IMG/VR virus record: IMGVR_UViG_3300042691_044733
Span: 62,980-126,979 of that record
Source of the DNA: a virus
Reading direction: 5' to 3' (one strand)
DNA: 64,000 nucleotides
The notes under the pieces were generated by a model. It was not told where the DNA came from and made no database searches. It saw only the letters and a program-made list of their open reading frames with translations. Numbering within the stretch: the stretch's first letter is position 1; each line of letters starts with the position of its first letter. Below, one piece after another: positions 63,524 to 64,000 of this stretch. A program made the translations under genes and the position numbers.

Positions 63524-63555
63524 TTTGGAAATGTCAAAATTATTCACTAACTTTG
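63524..63555 (+). promoter_or_regulatory. Bacteroidota housekeeping-type promoter
   Basis: TTTG-20 nt-TAACTTTG. Confidence 0.7.
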
Positions 63556-63851
63556 TAAAAATAACCCTGTACAGGTAAGTAGTCATTCAGATTCTAAATA
63601 GGGTAATAATCAATAAAATCCTTACTGGAACACAAGGAAATAATAGAGGAAAAAACTTGAACCAGAAGAGAAGAATAAGATTAAAAAAGAGATTTAATAG
63701 TTGAATAAAAGGTTTAAGTAATGTGAGCTAAGTTGTTGATTATCAATGGAAAATCCCCAACCACCTCAAACAACATTCTAAAAACCTTAAAATTTCCTCA
63801 TTTCAAAAAACTCTTTCGAGAGTATAGCTATTAATTAATTAACTCATTCAA

Positions 63852-64000
63852 ATGAAACCAAACATCACATACAAATCTGTGATCCCTAAAGGTTTATCTC
63901 TTAAGAAAAGAAATGAATTCTTTCACTCTTTAGATAAACAATCACAAAGACTTGAAATAGCATGGGATTCATTACAGCTTGTACTATCTGGCATGAAAGG
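63852..64000 (+). CDS. Hypothetical protein, N-terminal fragment
   Basis: ATG at 63852, open to the window end (MKPNITYKSVIPKG...). Confidence 0.55.
   Translation, partial: MKPNITYKSVIPKGLSLKKRNEFFHSLDKQSQRLEIAWDSLQLVLSGMK

Noticed and set aside
1-64000. Stop-codon reassignment (TAG/TGA), known in some crAss-like phages
   Set aside because: Standard code 11 gives long, tightly packed ORFs. TGA and TAG act as real stops (ATGA overlaps; TAG at 62060), and no suppressor tRNA was seen.
1-64000. tRNA or rRNA genes, integrase, IS elements
   Set aside because: No cloverleaf/T-loop signatures in the few intergenic gaps and no recombinase or transposase motifs seen; tRNAscan-SE was not run.

Overview
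This window is an AT-rich dsDNA phage genome segment with the gene order of a crAss-like (Crassvirales-type) podophage; TTTG-N19/20-TAnnTTTG promoters point to a Bacteroidota host. Positions 1-~60.9 kb are a single minus-strand late/virion module. In transcription order it holds fibre and lysis genes, a candidate Acb2/Tad1-like protein, IHF-like and PD-(D/E)xK genes, terminase, portal, scaffold, a GIY-YIG homing endonuclease, major capsid protein, ring proteins, a ferritin, Cys-rich fibre/decoration proteins, a tail stabilisation protein, and giant ejected cargo proteins including a 3406-aa virion RNA polymerase (DFDIDK). After GC-rich hairpins at ~60.95 kb the strand switches to an early region of small promoter-gene-terminator cassettes, each starting with TTTGGAACTC. 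Most notable signals: (1) four consecutive giant cargo proteins carry cysteine only at their facing termini, suggesting a head-to-tail disulfide-linked ejection chain; (2) a six-copy early promoter motif, one copy of which heads a structured, GACA-rich putative small RNA. All product calls come from motif recognition and gene order by eye; no database searches were run.
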